This document shows, in pieces, positions 1-11,820 of a stretch of 64,000 nucleotides of DNA. Location of the stretch: assembly GCF_018350175.1 (NCBI RefSeq), contig NC_058369.1, forward strand, positions 15,068,001 to 15,132,000, in the 5' to 3' direction. This DNA comes from Felis catus (lineage: Eukaryota). The notes beneath the pieces were generated by a model, which had not been told where the DNA came from, did no database searches, and saw only the letters and a list, made by a program, of their open reading frames with translations. The position numbers and the translations under genes were made by a program. Numbering within the stretch: the first letter of the stretch is position 1; each line of letters begins with the position of its first letter.

Positions 1-305
1 TTCTGACAAGTTGAGAACTTGCTCCCGACAGGTTTAGCCCAAGGCTGAAGTGCCTGATAAGATTGTCAGCAACTTCTGGGCCAGTTGAGCAATCCTCCAT
101 CTCTCGGAGAGGATTAAAGGCAGGGGTCCAACTCGGCTTTTGCGGCCTGGCACCCTCCAGCCCAGTCTTGGAGTATGACACCTGCTCACGAGAACAGCTG
201 CAATCCTCAGAAGCCTCCTGGGGTGTTCACGTTCATGTCTCAGAATAATTGGGCCTGGCATTGAAGTTATAGAAAACTGGTCTGGTCAGTTCCCTGGTTA
301 ACAGG

Positions 306-307
<2 letters not shown>

Positions 308-342
<35 letters not shown>
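308..342. repeat. (GT)17 microsatellite
   Basis: Perfect dinucleotide run. Confidence 0.97.
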
Positions 343-343
<1 letters not shown>

Positions 344-424
344 ATGCGTGTCTGTGTTCACTTGCAAACAGTTTTTAAAAACTTGTGCTAGTATCATTGA
401 GGACAACTTCTTGCAGTTTAAAAA

Positions 425-608
425 AAATGCTTATTTATTTTGAGAGAGAGAGAGAGAGAATGAGTGGGGGAGAGGCAGAGAGAGTGAGAGAGAGAGAGAG
501 AGAGAGAGAATCCCAAGCAGGCTTTACACTCGACGTTGGCTCGATCTCACAACTGGCTCGAGACCTGAGCCGAAATCAGGTTCCCCAACTAAGCCACCCT
601 GGTGCCCC
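425..608 (-). mobile_element. CanSINE (older, diverged)
   Basis: TTATTTATTTT-(GA)n-gaatcccaagcagg…ccaccctggtgcccc, with an imperfect TSD caactt(c/g)ttgca. Confidence 0.85.
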
Positions 609-1109
609 AACTTGTTGCAATTTTTAATCCAGCAACTTCTCCCAAGATGTCTTCACACGTGCCCAAAGTCAACGGCACCGGGAGAGTATCCAAAGCACTG
701 TGTGGTAGCAGAAGCCCGAGAACAATGTCAGTTGTCTCCCACGAGCGACCCAGGGCAGGCTCTGCCCTGGCAGTTTGGTCCAGACTGCCTGCTGCTGCAA
801 ATCTCCAAGTTCTTCCTGGGCTCGGCTCAAGTTATCGAAGAAAATAGCGATTCTCCTTCACCGAGGAATGCGTTTCAGGCCCGACCTTAGTGCTGAGGGG
901 TTTACAGCCGTGATTCCATTCGACCCACCCACGAGGTGCTGCGGTGTCCTCGTTTGGAACTGAGGACGCAGTCCTAGGGAGGCTAAGTGACCAGCGCAAG
1001 TTGTCTAGTTAGCAGGTGGTGGAATCAGGACACCCCGAAGCCTCTGATCTTCTGTCACCGAGGGTCAGAAGTATCCGCACTTCACTTAAAACTTCAAGAA
1101 AGCTACGCT

Positions 1110-1337
1110 GGGGCGCCTGGGTGGCTCCGTCGGTCGAGCGTCCGACTTCGGCTCAGGTCACGATCTCGCGGTTCGTGAGTCCGAGCCCCGCGTCGGGCTC
1201 TGTGCTGACACCTCGGAGCCTGGAGCCTGCTTCCCATTCTGTGTCTCCCTCTCTCTCTCTGCCCCTCCTCCCGCTTGCGCTCTGGCTGTCTCTCTCTTTC
1301 TCAAAAATAAACATTAAAAAAGCAAATTAAAAAAAAA
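1110..1337 (+). mobile_element. CanSINE (SINEC_Fc2-like)
   Basis: GGGGCGCCTGGGTGGCTC head, (CT)n body, A-tail; TSD aagaaagcta. Confidence 0.95.
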
Positions 1338-2395
1338 AAGAAAGCTATATCATCTGTGCTTATGGGACAGTTTTCATTTATTCTGGCAAGATGTTTCCAA
1401 ATTTATTACTTACACACCTTCACACGCTGCAGCGAGGTGTTTAATGGCCTCAGGGTCGTGAGCTGTGTGTCCATCCGGCAGGATGGGCAGCTGGTCCAAG
1501 AGGGCGGCCCCTCCCTGGCAAAGTCAGACCAGCGAGGTTTCCAGTGGCACCCTTGTCTTGGGCTCCGCTCGGGAGAGAACTGAGACGTGCATATTATTTT
1601 TTAAGTCCAGTACCCGAAGAAAGAACCTCTAATTTCCTACAAGTTTGTGAAGTGACGGCCAATTCTAATATTCTGTTGTCTCCTCTTGCAAATTCAGCAT
1701 CACTATGTAGAGAAAATCAAACCAAACCAACCCGGTTAGGAGACGGTGGGGCAATGGTGGCTCAAATGGGGAGAACACGTGGGATAACATAGAGTCCTTG
1801 TCACCGTCCTTACTGCTACGGACGAACTGTCCTTTGTACTCTGAGCCACCCCAAGAGGCCGGACCCTTTTGGTGGGGCGTCCTTCCCGTCTTTTCTCCTG
1901 AGCTCCTATGAGATACAGACAGAAGGACAGCAAGCTGACACGAGTCGCCCTGCACACACATGACTTTACTCCCTGCTTCCTTCATTGTATCACAAGCAAG
2001 TCCTCGTCGTTCCCTGGCGATTCCCTTGAAGGTTTCCAGAAGCAGGATTGCATTCCTGCGGACCCACCCACACCCCCATCCGCTGCCTCCTGAGCACAGG
2101 TTTTTGGGGGACCAGCAGAGACTTAGTGACGACCCCAGGTCCTGGCCTGAGGTAGAGACCCCGGCCGGATACCAGGGAGGTCTCCCCCACCCCCTGCAGG
2201 GACACAGAGAGCTGGGGTTCCCTCTGCCCATCCACATTCTCTTTTTTCTACTTTCCAGGACCCAGCTTCCCTCCTCTTCTTCTTCTGTCTGATTTGCATC
2301 AGAGCTGGAGCCAGATGATCTGGGAGTTAGCACTTCTGGTCCTCAGCCCCTTCCACCGGCGTGACTTAAAGAAGTCATCTCACGTCTTTAAAAAA

Positions 2396-2607
2396 TTTTT
2401 TTAATGTTTTTGATTTATTTTTGAGAGAGCGCACGAGAGAGACAGAGCGGGCGGGGGAAGGGCAGAGAGAGAGGGAGACACAGAACCTGAAGCAGAGATT
2501 ATGTCTGTCAGCACAGAGCCCGACGCGGGGCTTGAACTCACGAACCGTGAGATCATGACCCGAGCCGACGTCGGACACCCAAGCGACCGAGCCACCCGGG
2601 TGGCCCA
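2396..2607 (-). mobile_element. CanSINE
   Basis: Reverse-complement SINE head, (GA)n body and T-tail. Confidence 0.92.
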
Positions 2608-3199
2608 GAAGTCCTCTAACTCCTCTGTGCTCACTCCCTCCTAAAAAGACTCGCTTTGATGGCTGACCCGGAGTACCTATCTGTTCATTCCACACGCAAT
2701 TTATTCAATGCTAGCTATGTGCCAGGCACAGTTCTAGCCAGAAACTTCACGGGGGTTGGATACGAACCTGCCTGAGCTGTTCCCTCAGCTCAGGGGTCTC
2801 CAGCAGGTCCACAGATCAGCTTTGGCATAAAAGATTAGGGCTCGTACTTCCTCTGCATGGTCCAAGCCCCTATGTCAAAGACCGGAAAAGCGAGGCCCAG
2901 AGAGGCGGGGCGACTCTCCCAAGTCATAAAGCTCGCTGTCGATAAGACTTGAGCTTACAGCCACGCGTCCTCACTCTTAAGTGGGGTGCTCTCCCCACTT
3001 TGCCCACGGTCTTGCCAACTGGACAACGCTAACTTCTTCCGGGGTCCCATCTAGACCACATTCCGGTCTCCCTTCCACTGGGATGGGGCCAGGCCACTGA
3101 TCTGGAGCCAAGAGAACGGCCACACAAAGGATGTGAAACGGCTTCCGTGCTCAGGCGTCAAGACTCCCACGGGAGCCCCTCTGCACTCTTCTTCCTTCC

Positions 3200-3390
3200 G
3201 TCAGCGTGACGTGGATGAGCACGGAGGACAGGACACATGCTGAAGGCAGCAGAGCCAGGAAGTCAAAGGACCCTGGGTCCTCATCACTGCTTGGAGGAGA
3301 TCCCCTGTTTGGGGTCTCATCTGAGCAAGAAATAAACGCCTGTCGTGTGTGAGCCATCGCACACGGTTGGGTTTGCGGCTCAGTCTGACA
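3200..3390 (+). mobile_element. MLT1-type (ERVL-MaLR) LTR remnant
   Basis: cctgggtcctcat…agaaataaacgcctgtcgtgtgtgagcca…gggtttg, typical of an MLT1 3' portion. Confidence 0.5.
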
Positions 3391-3577
3391 CCGCTAGACT
3401 CGCCGATGTCAAAGTCAGCAAGAACGAACGTGACGCAGGGCAACTCGACGTAGACCCGGGAGGAGCTCCCAGGGCCCATGCCTGTCCTCAAGTCTTCTTG
3501 AGCACGTCATCAAAAGTCAATATTTAAAAGGAAGTTCAAACCGTTTCTCTGACTAAAACTTAGGGTTAGTTTCACCT

Positions 3578-3620
3578 GGAAGGAAGGAAGGAAGGAAGGA
3601 AGGAAGGAAGGAAGGAAGGA
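3578..3620. repeat. (GGAA)10 microsatellite
   Basis: Perfect tetranucleotide polypurine run. Confidence 0.97.
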
Positions 3621-3896
3621 GAAAACAGCAGTGCGGGGAGGGACAGAGCCTGGGCTCTGAAACGAGTCTGCCCAGGTTCACGGATGGCACCCCCGCTTAT
3701 TAGCTGTGACCTTGGGGGAGTTGCCTCACTTCTGTGACTCACTTTCCTCCATTTGTTCCCTGACACTTTCTGTACAAACTCTTTGACCCAGTAATTCCCT
3801 CCTCCGGGGAGTGCACCCACAGACACACTGGTCTATATTCCTAAAAAAGACAACTGCAAATATGGCAACTGAAACTCTCTATAAACACAAAAGACT

Positions 3897-4122
3897 GGGG
3901 GCGCCTGGGTGGCTCAGTCGGTTGAGCGTCCGACGTCGGCTCAGGTCATGATCTCACGGTCCGTGAGTTCGAGCCCCGCGTTGGGCTCTGTGCTGACAGC
4001 TCGGAGCCTGGAGCCTGCTTCGGATTCTGTGTCTCCCTCTCTCTCTGCCCCTCCCCGACTCATGCTCTGTCTCTCTCTCTCTCTCTCTCTCAAAAATAAA
4101 TACACATTAAAAAACAATGTTA
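3897..4122 (+). mobile_element. CanSINE (SINEC_Fc2-like)
   Basis: Full head, body and tail; TSD acaaaagactgg on both sides. Confidence 0.95.
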
Positions 4123-4169
4123 AAAACAAAAGACTGGAAACAACCCAGCAGTAAGAGGCTGGTGACGCC

Positions 4170-4600
4170 ACACGGCGTGCCCACGGCCAGGAATATTACG
4201 TGGCCGTTGAAAAGAATGGCAGCCCCCATATGTTCTGATATGGAGCAAGCAACAAGATGGGTCGCTAAGTGAGCAAACTCCAGAAGCATATGAGACACAT
4301 CCCACACCATATACCATGGTTATGGTCTGGCTGTGTAAAGAAGGGACGTACGCACATTTATGAGGTTGTGCTTGCGAAGAATTGCTCAGGAACAATGCAC
4401 AAGAAACCGTGGCTGCTACTGGGCAAAAGCCCGGGGTCAGAGGTGGAAGGGGACATACTTCTTCCCACGTACCCTTTTGTACAACTGGAATTTTTGTTAC
4501 CACGTACAGGTGTTTCGAAGCACAGTCTTTAAACTGTTTGAGTATTAAAAGCACATTACACATCCGCAGAACAAATATGAACACAACACTCAGTGTTTTG
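4170..4600 (+). mobile_element. Ancient L1ME-type 3' fragment
   Basis: ggaatattacgtggccgttgaaaagaatg…ctaagtgag…, motifs typical of L1M 3' ends; highly diverged. Confidence 0.5.
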
Positions 4601-4614
4601 TTTTAAACATTAAA

Positions 4615-4820
4615 AAAAATTTTTTTTCATGTTTATTTTTTGAGAGAGAGAGTGTGAGCAGGGGAGGGGCAGAGAGCAAGGAAGACACAGAACCCAAAGC
4701 AGGCTCCAGGCTCTGAGCTGTCAGCACAGAGCCCGATGCGGGGGCTCAAACTCATGAACTGCGAGATCATGACCTGAGCCGAAGCCGGACGTTTAACTGA
4801 CTGAGCCCCCCAGGTTCCCC
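4615..4820 (-). mobile_element. CanSINE
   Basis: Reverse-complement SINE. Confidence 0.92.
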
Positions 4821-5438
4821 TGTATATATATGGCTTTTGGAAATGCCATATTTCCAAATGGGGGTGGGGGTTGTTACCATGTCTCCCGTAGGAAATCGTG
4901 AGACGCAGGGCATCGGTTAGTGTGTTTATGCAGCACGTGTGGTTTTAAAGAAAACATCACTGACGGTAAACGGGAGATGCTTGCACATAAAACACTCAGA
5001 AGGGCGGCTGCCGCAGAGCAGTACGTGTTCGCTATTACAAGCAGTGGTTAGTGATTTTTAAAAATGATGTCCTGAAATACAAACCCAAGGCTACAAAGGG
5101 GTGAGGTAGGAAACCTGGCTCTCCCAGCCCGATTGTCTAGAACGTTGCCAGCTGCCTGGGAGAAGGTGACGGGCTAATTACAAGGCTGTAGGAAGTGGTT
5201 TGAAATAATTTGTGGGAGAATTTTTATCACTTAGAATGATAATTAAAGGGTATGAACTGTTCTTCATCACTCAGGTGGACAGCCTTAGCCATGGGTCTTC
5301 CCTAGCAGGGGTCCTGACCTCCCCCGCTGCCCCACCCACCTTGACCGCAATCATGAATCCTGACCAGCAAACCCCACCCTCGCCCCCGTCCAAACCCGCA
5401 GGTGAGGCTTGTGTTATAAGTCAAGGGGCTCCATTCTG

Positions 5439-5440
<2 letters not shown>

Positions 5441-5482
<42 letters not shown>
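5441..5482. repeat. (GT)21 microsatellite
   Basis: Perfect run. Confidence 0.97.
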
Positions 5483-5484
<2 letters not shown>

Positions 5485-6644
5485 CAGCAACATAATCGCT
5501 TAGCTGGGGTGCTCCTAAGATTCTCGAACATCCACCAACACCGTTCAGACCCAGCTTGCTGCACTAGAGGGAGGAAAAGGCTTCTTCTTCCATAGATGTC
5601 ACTGACATCTATGAGGACAGCCTGATAGTGTGGGAACCAGAGACCGGCACACGCTGGCCCGAACGTACGCCAGGACCACAGGACGAGCTCTCCAGAGGGC
5701 CACAAGGCGGGATGTCTCCAAAGCCTGAGCATTTTCTCTACTCTCCATGCCAGCAATTCGATTCCCAGAGTTTCAGTCGGACAGGATCGTCAAGGGAGTG
5801 TGCGGAGCGATATAGCCGACAAGAACTCATGCTCGGATACATCAAAATGGGACAATCCAGCTTCTATTTTATAACCTCGGCAACACAGAGACGACATCAT
5901 CTGATGTCATTATAGAATCCGCACCACGTCACTTTCGATGTCTTTTCACTGAACAGACCTATCAAAATGGACACAGGCGGTCGGTCCCCTACTGTTGGAC
6001 ACGTTCTGGTTTTTTTAGCAGGAAAAGTGGGAAGCCGCCTAAATGTCCACCTGTGGGGGGCTGGTTAAAGCCATACGATGGATGGTCCCAGGTCTGGTTT
6101 TGGGCGCACACACGCACACGATAAGACTGTACCAAAGTGACCAATGTGCTTCGCTTACGGATTATTATTTTTTTTCATTTTGGTTATATTTATTACCAAT
6201 TTTTCTACAGTAACTATATACTACGTGAGATATTTTAATTGTTGCTTTCGACCTTCTTCTCTTCCGTTGATAGCCCGGGAGAAACCCCCAGAAGAGCGTG
6301 GAGGGGGGCAGGGTTCATTCTTCACAGACAAAATGGCAGCATCTGAGGTGAACCCTGAGGCTGACGGGCCAGCATCAGAGCACATCCTCCGGGTCAGCAG
6401 AGTGGCCCTCTCTGACCCTGAACCACGAAATCTGTGGGGGTGAGGGAGACTCATCACTCACACCAGTTACACATTCCAGACAACAGCTACCAGCGCTCAT
6501 TTGAATCCAAAGAATGACGAAGACGCAGGCTCATCCGGGGTCAGCGAACACATCATTGGATGCTTGCTCACATTTCTGGGGAAACACGATGGCGGCAAGA
6601 ATGGGGTCACCGAACCCAGACTCTGGTGTCTCAGCAATTCTCTC

Positions 6645-6869
6645 TTTTTAAAAAAAAAAAATTTTTTTTTAATGTTTGTTTATGTTTCAGAGGGACGGAA
6701 TGCAAGTGGGGGAGGGGCAGAGAGAGAAGGAGACACAGAATCCGAAGCAGGCTCCAGGCTCCGAGCTGTCAGCGCAGAGCCCGACGCGGGGGCCTTGAAC
6801 TCGTGAACCGCGAGATCATGACCTGAGCCGGAGTCGGAGGCTCAAAAAACCGAGCCGCCCAGGAGCCCC
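6645..6869 (-). mobile_element. CanSINE
   Basis: Reverse-complement SINE; TSD ctcagcaattct. Confidence 0.93.
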
Positions 6870-8904
6870 ACTCAGCAATTCTTAAAAAGCCAGTAAGTCG
6901 AGGTTTTACCACGGTTCTGATTCCAACTTAACCAGTCCTTCGCTCTTGGAAGTGGGGGAGCGGGGGGTTACACCACACTCACCCCAACACATCACACCAA
7001 GACATTAACTTTCCCTTTGCAGTTCAGTTCTGCAGGGACACCAACTTCATGTTCACTAGGCCGTCTTCATTAAGAGAGCTCAGGGATTTAAAAAACAAAT
7101 CCACTGTGCCGGGCTCTCCGGCTTTTTCCACCTTCTCTGGACAGACTCCAGGAACTTCTCAAAGACCCCTCCCTGTTAGGCCAACCCCAAGACGTCAGGC
7201 AAAGCGGCTGTCCTCTGAAACGGCTCCAACCTCCAAGACGCAGCCCCCAGTTCAGGCCAGCGAGGTGGCCACACACAGCCAATTCCGGAGACCACAGGAA
7301 GATTTTGGAAAGTGAGGTGGGAAGTCCCTAGGCTTCCCCATATTTATACCTGAACCATGAGAGCTCACGACAGTCAACAACTTCCTAGAAGAAAGCGACT
7401 ATGCTGTAGGCCAAAATGGCAGCCCCTCCAGGCCAAAGGGAGAAATCAGTTAGTTAACAGAGGCCCGTTCAGGCCAGCCTGTCATCCTTGGCACTGGTAA
7501 TGCCTTGATTTACGCCACATTCTTACTGGGGGACTCCTGGTCATCACAGACAACCGGAAACACCTCAGACAATTCCGAGTTTCAGTACAGCTCCCAAGCG
7601 TGATGGGCACACATGTTTCTCTCACACACATTTACATGCATTTTCACCCGCGAAATCACTCTTTATTCTTAGACGGATTTTTTTTTTTTCTTCTTCAAAG
7701 GAAATCTTGAAAATGCAGTCTTCCGGTAAATTTGTATTACAAGAGATATGCATACGGGCACAAGGCTTTAACTGTGGTCTTAAAATGGTCTAGGGAATGT
7801 ACAGTAAGTAGTATGTCACCTGATGCCGTTGGAGAAAGGAACCAGGAAGGTTTCCTGTAGGTTTGCAATGACGCCAGAACGCCAAAGTCCACCACACCCG
7901 CTTCGTTTTATTCCTTAACTCAATTTACCCTCCTCTACCTACCCGCCGAATACAAACGCCCCCTTAGGGGCACCGAAGAAGAATCCAAGACCCCACTCGC
8001 CTCCCGGATAACTCTTTAGCAATCACAAAACCTGGGCTAGCCTCAGGAAAGGCTTCGAATCAAGTTCTTAACACGAAGAACCCCGGTTATTTCTACGTTT
8101 CGATCTACTTCCAGAGCCCACAGGAGCGCGCACCCGCGGCGGGGAGGCGGCGGTCCCGGCGCACAACGGAATCAACTGGAAATTCACACACCTCTCCCGA
8201 ACGTCCCCTCGCCGACCCCCTTCGCGGGGTCAAAGTACAAACACTACCCTGAGGCACGAGGGGCGGGAGCTCACCGCCCCCGTGGCAAGAACGCCGGGAC
8301 CCTTCTCCAGCCTGGCGCTTCCATTTTCAAATTAATTTTCCGGAACTTCGAGAGAGCTAGAAATGGGGCGTGCGGACCGGGAAAAGGGTGATCCCGTGCG
8401 CTACCGGGCCAAACCGCTGTTTTCTTGCCCCTTCTTCCAGCCCCAGGTGAGGAGGTAGAGGGTGGGCCGAGAGAGGAAAGCTCCCTCCCCACGGCCAGCC
8501 CCGGCGCCCCCCAAGCACTCAGGTAAAGCCCCCGATGCGCGGCAGGTCCCCGGGCCTCAGCTGGGGCGCGCGCTTTTCTCCTCCTGAGCCGTCGGCGCCG
8601 GGCTCATCCCCGCGACCGCCGGGCTCCCAGCTCGGGGACACTCCCATGTGCCGCGGCCTGCGCCCAGGGCGAGGTCGCTCGGAATCCAGGAGGGCACGGC
8701 CACTTTGCCCGACGCGGCGCGCCCAGGCGCCGGGCGGTCCCGGGGACCCCGCGCCGTCCACGCATCCCGACTGTGTCGCCCCCACCCCGGCTCAGCATCC
8801 CCCGCACCTTGCTTCCTTCTGCGCCCCCGCACCCTCCGCCGGGCGCCCGCTCTCCGGCCGCTTCCACCGCCCAGCGCCACCCGCCACCGCCGCACCGCAC
8901 TCAC

Positions 8905-8980
8905 CAGCTCCCGGGCGCACGGCGCCGAGCAGCAGGACCCCCAGCAGTGCGATTGTGGCCCCGCGGGTCTGGCCGGCCAT
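8905..8980 (-). CDS. CDCP1: CUB domain-containing protein 1, coding exon 1 (signal peptide MAGQTRGATIALLGVLLLGAVRPGA plus phase-1 G)
   Basis: ATG at 8980-8978 in a strong Kozak context (GGAGCCATGG). The 76-nt coding segment ends at a canonical donor CTG|GTGAGT (GT at 8904-8903). The hydrophobic signal peptide matches the human CDCP1 N-terminus MAGLNCGVSIALLGVLLLGAARLPRGA (recalled), with IALLGVLLLGA identical. Lies in a CpG island. Confidence 0.93.
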
Positions 8981-9120
8981 GGCTCCGGGGCGCCTCGGCC
9001 TCGGCGGGGAAAGCGGCTGTGGCCAGTGGCTCGGAGCGGCGGCCGCGGGCGCCTGAGCCTGGCACCGGCTCCTCCCCGGCTAGCTCACCTGCGGGCGGGC
9101 GGGCCCGGGCTCCGCCCTGC
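8981..9120 (-). other. CDCP1: CDCP1 5' UTR (approximate TSS region ~9120)
   Basis: GC-rich, ATG-free segment directly upstream of the start codon. The minus strand (…cgcaggtgag…ttccccgccgaggccgaggcgccccggagccATG) resembles the human CDCP1 leader as I recall it. The exact TSS cannot be determined. Confidence 0.7.
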
Positions 9121-10492
9121 GCGGGGGAGCACGAGTTGGGCCGGCCTGTCCCCTCCTCTGTCTCCTCCTCCTCCCCTTCCTGCCGCAGCCGCCCGCCTCT
9201 CCCTCCCAGGGTGCCGGGACTTGTTGCCACTTTCCGGCGCTAGTCTTTCCTCCCAAGGCCGAGAGCGCTCAAGTCTTTGTGCCTACAGGCGCAAAGGTCG
9301 CCTTTGGAGAAGCCGATCCGCTTTCCTTTCACTGTCCAGGCGACAGGGAGGCCCTTGTGAGCCCTGTTTTGCACGGGAATCCTATTTGTGCGTCACCCAA
9401 GCCCTGGTTTCTCGTGGGCTCGCTCCTCTCCTACCTGCTTTGGGCTCGCAAGACTTTAAAGCCGGGCCGCCGTTCCTGTTTGCAGAACTGCGAGTCTGCA
9501 GCCTCGGGCTCTTCACCTGCACAGGGTCTAATGCTCGCAGCACCCCCGTCCTCGTTGCACATGAGGCAGACTGCTGAGTTCTGCTACCTGCCCAAAGGCA
9601 GTTAGTCATCTACAGAGGCAGGATTCGACAGCACAGGAAGGGTTTTGTACAAACGGAGCTGCTTTGAAGAATGCATGAATGGGTGCATGAATGCATGAGG
9701 CTGGAAAGGGCCAAGAGGAGACAGTGTGGAGCAGTAAATGTGTGACCTGGGCATGAAGCATTCAAGCCAGTCTTTGGGCAGTAAAAGTCGATGGCGCTGG
9801 GTTCCCTGCCTCCTCCCAGCTGCCTGTGTGCGTCCTGTGTCGGGCTTCCGAGGTCCTGTAGGTTCCCCCTTCCACCCTGTAGGCTACACAGCAAGTCTAG
9901 GACCACAGAGAAAAGCAGGAGACAGTTCAGGGGCTCTCAGCCGGCAGACTAGGGGTTCACCAAAATGACTCCATGGGTTACCTGTGCCTGTGGGCCGCCA
10001 GAGGCTGGGCCAAGGTCATCCAGAACAGCCAAGGAGGGCTGGGCCAGAAACCTGAGTATATGCGAAAGCATCAGCCCACTGTCTGGCCCCAACTTCTGTC
10101 TAATTCTTGGGGGGCACTGAACCTCTCCCACTGCAGCCCCTACTCTCCTTGTGAACGGGCTGAGAAGTCATCTCTTAGGAGCTTCCTGCCCTTCCTTTTC
10201 TGTGTCTTCACGGATGAGAAGAGCCCATAGGAGCCCTCGGGAGCCCACAGTCCACGGGGGAGGCAGAGACGTCCAGACTGAGGGCATGACCCAACCTTTC
10301 CCCTCCCTAGAAGGGCTTGGACTGTGAGCTCGTGGGGACCTCAGAGCTTATCCTCTGGTTCACTTCCCTCATCAGGCAGACAGGTGGGGAAACTGAGGCT
10401 TAGAGGGAAGGAGGAAGACGAGAAAAGTAGGGAGGCTCTTGGGTCTCCCCCACTGAATGAGTGAGGGCACTCCATCAAGAGAAAGAAATCTT

Positions 10493-10718
10493 TTTTTTTT
10501 TTAATTTTTTTTCAACGTTTTTTATTTATTTTTGGGACAGAGAGAGACAGAGCATGAACGGGGGAGGGGCAGGGAGAGAGGGAGACACAGAATCGGAAAC
10601 AGGCTCCAGGCTCCGAGCTGTCAGCACAGAGCCCGACGCGGGGCTCGAACTCCCGGACCGCGAGATCGTGACCTGGCTGAAGTCGGACGCTTAACCGACT
10701 GCACCACCCAGGCGCCCC
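10493..10718 (-). mobile_element. Young CanSINE (SINEC_Fc-like)
   Basis: Long T-tail, CpG-rich body, perfect 16-bp TSD aagagaaagaaatctt (10477-10492 / 10719-10734). Confidence 0.97.
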
Positions 10719-10875
10719 AAGAGAAAGAAATCTTGAGAAAAATCTCAGCAACCTTTTAAAATGTTCACGCTGACCCAGAGAGTGAAAACAGATTTTGTCT
10801 GGTGTCCTGATTCTAAGCAGGGATGTATACCTTAACATCTTTTCCTAGCATCCATAGCACCATTGTTTCCCATAT

Positions 10876-10908
10876 ATAATAATGATAATAATAATAATAA
10901 TAATAAAT
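10876..10908. repeat. (AAT)n microsatellite
   Basis: taataatgataataataataataataataa. Confidence 0.9.
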
Positions 10909-11402
10909 ATTGGAATGGCAGTGTGTTGAACTCAAAATATCAGAATTGCTGCTCGACAAGTTTAAGCCTAAGGAACAAGTTATGTCGTTACTGTCTTCTT
11001 TCTCTAAAGTTTGTTGAACTGTCTTCCCTGGGATAGTGACACCGACTTTCTGTAAATGATGTCAGAAATTCTCAGATGTGAAGGATCGGTGACGGTCCCA
11101 GACAGAGGCAGTGGCGGCGGCAAGGAGACAGAGATGAGGAAAGTAGGGAGGCATTTCTGTATCCTTTGCGTGACAACCTAACTACATAGTGGAAGTCAAG
11201 ATGTCCTGATGTCATGTGTTGGTTCTTGGAGCGGAAGGTGAGCAAAGCATTGTCAAGGTATGGAAATGTTTTGTCTTACAAATGTGCCGGATGGAAGGAG
11301 TCTGTTGTTATTTCTGAGCTGGAAAGAAATGCAGGCGGTTACTGTCTATTGCCAGAGAAAAACGACAGATGGAAGGGTGAGTTTTAAAATAGACTGTTCC
11401 TA

Positions 11403-11643
11403 GGGGCGCCTGGGTGGCGCAGTCGGTTAAGCGTCCGACTTCAGCCAGGTCACGATCTCGCGGTCCGTGAGTTCGAGCCCCGCGTCGGGCTCTGGGCTGA
11501 CCGCTCAGAGCCTGGAGCCTGTTTCAGATTCTGTGTCTCCCTCTCTCTCTGACCTTCCCCCATTCATGCTTTGTCTCTCTCTGTCTCAAAACTAAAATAA
11601 ACGTTAAACAAAATTAAAAAAAAATAAAAAATAAAAAATAAAT
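11403..11643 (+). mobile_element. Young CanSINE
   Basis: Full length; TSD aaaatagactgttcct (11386-11401 / 11644-11659). Confidence 0.96.
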
Positions 11644-11659
11644 AAAATAGACTGTTCCT

Positions 11660-11820
11660 GGGGCGCCTGGGTGGCTCAGTTGGTTAAGCGTCCGACTCCA
11701 GCTCAGGTCATGATCTCACGGTTCATGGGTTCAAGCCCCACATGGGGCTCTGTGCTGACAGCTCAGAGCCCGGAGCCTGCTTCGGATTCTGTGTCTCCCT
11801 CTTTCTCTGCCCCTCCCCTG
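11660..11820 (+). mobile_element. CanSINE lacking its 3' tail
   Basis: Head and body intact; the sequence stops at ctgcccctcccctg with no (CT)n tail or polyA. Confidence 0.9.

Larger units (their letters stand above)
1..8904 (-). other. CDCP1: CDCP1 intron 1 (continues beyond the left edge of the window)
   Basis: Begins at the GTGAGT donor at 8904. No exon-2-like peptide (human AFEIALPRESNITVLIK…) appears in the ORF track, and the segment is repeat-rich. Confidence 0.85.
8120..9320. promoter_or_regulatory. CDCP1: CpG island / TATA-less GC-box promoter of CDCP1
   Basis: Very high GC and CpG density from ~8120 to ~9320, with GGGCGG/CCGCCC boxes (e.g. ~9093-9117), spanning exon 1. Confidence 0.9.

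Noticed and set aside
8792..8904. Continuation of the CDCP1 ORF (GECGAAVAGG…) to a stop at 8792
   Set aside because: Read-through past the GTGAGT donor into intron 1.
8535..9577. Long overlapping ORFs (173, 309 and 156 aa) on the + strand across the CpG island
   Set aside because: Stop-codon depletion in very GC-rich DNA gives low-complexity P/R/A/G peptides; they are antisense to CDCP1 exon 1 and contain no recognisable domain.
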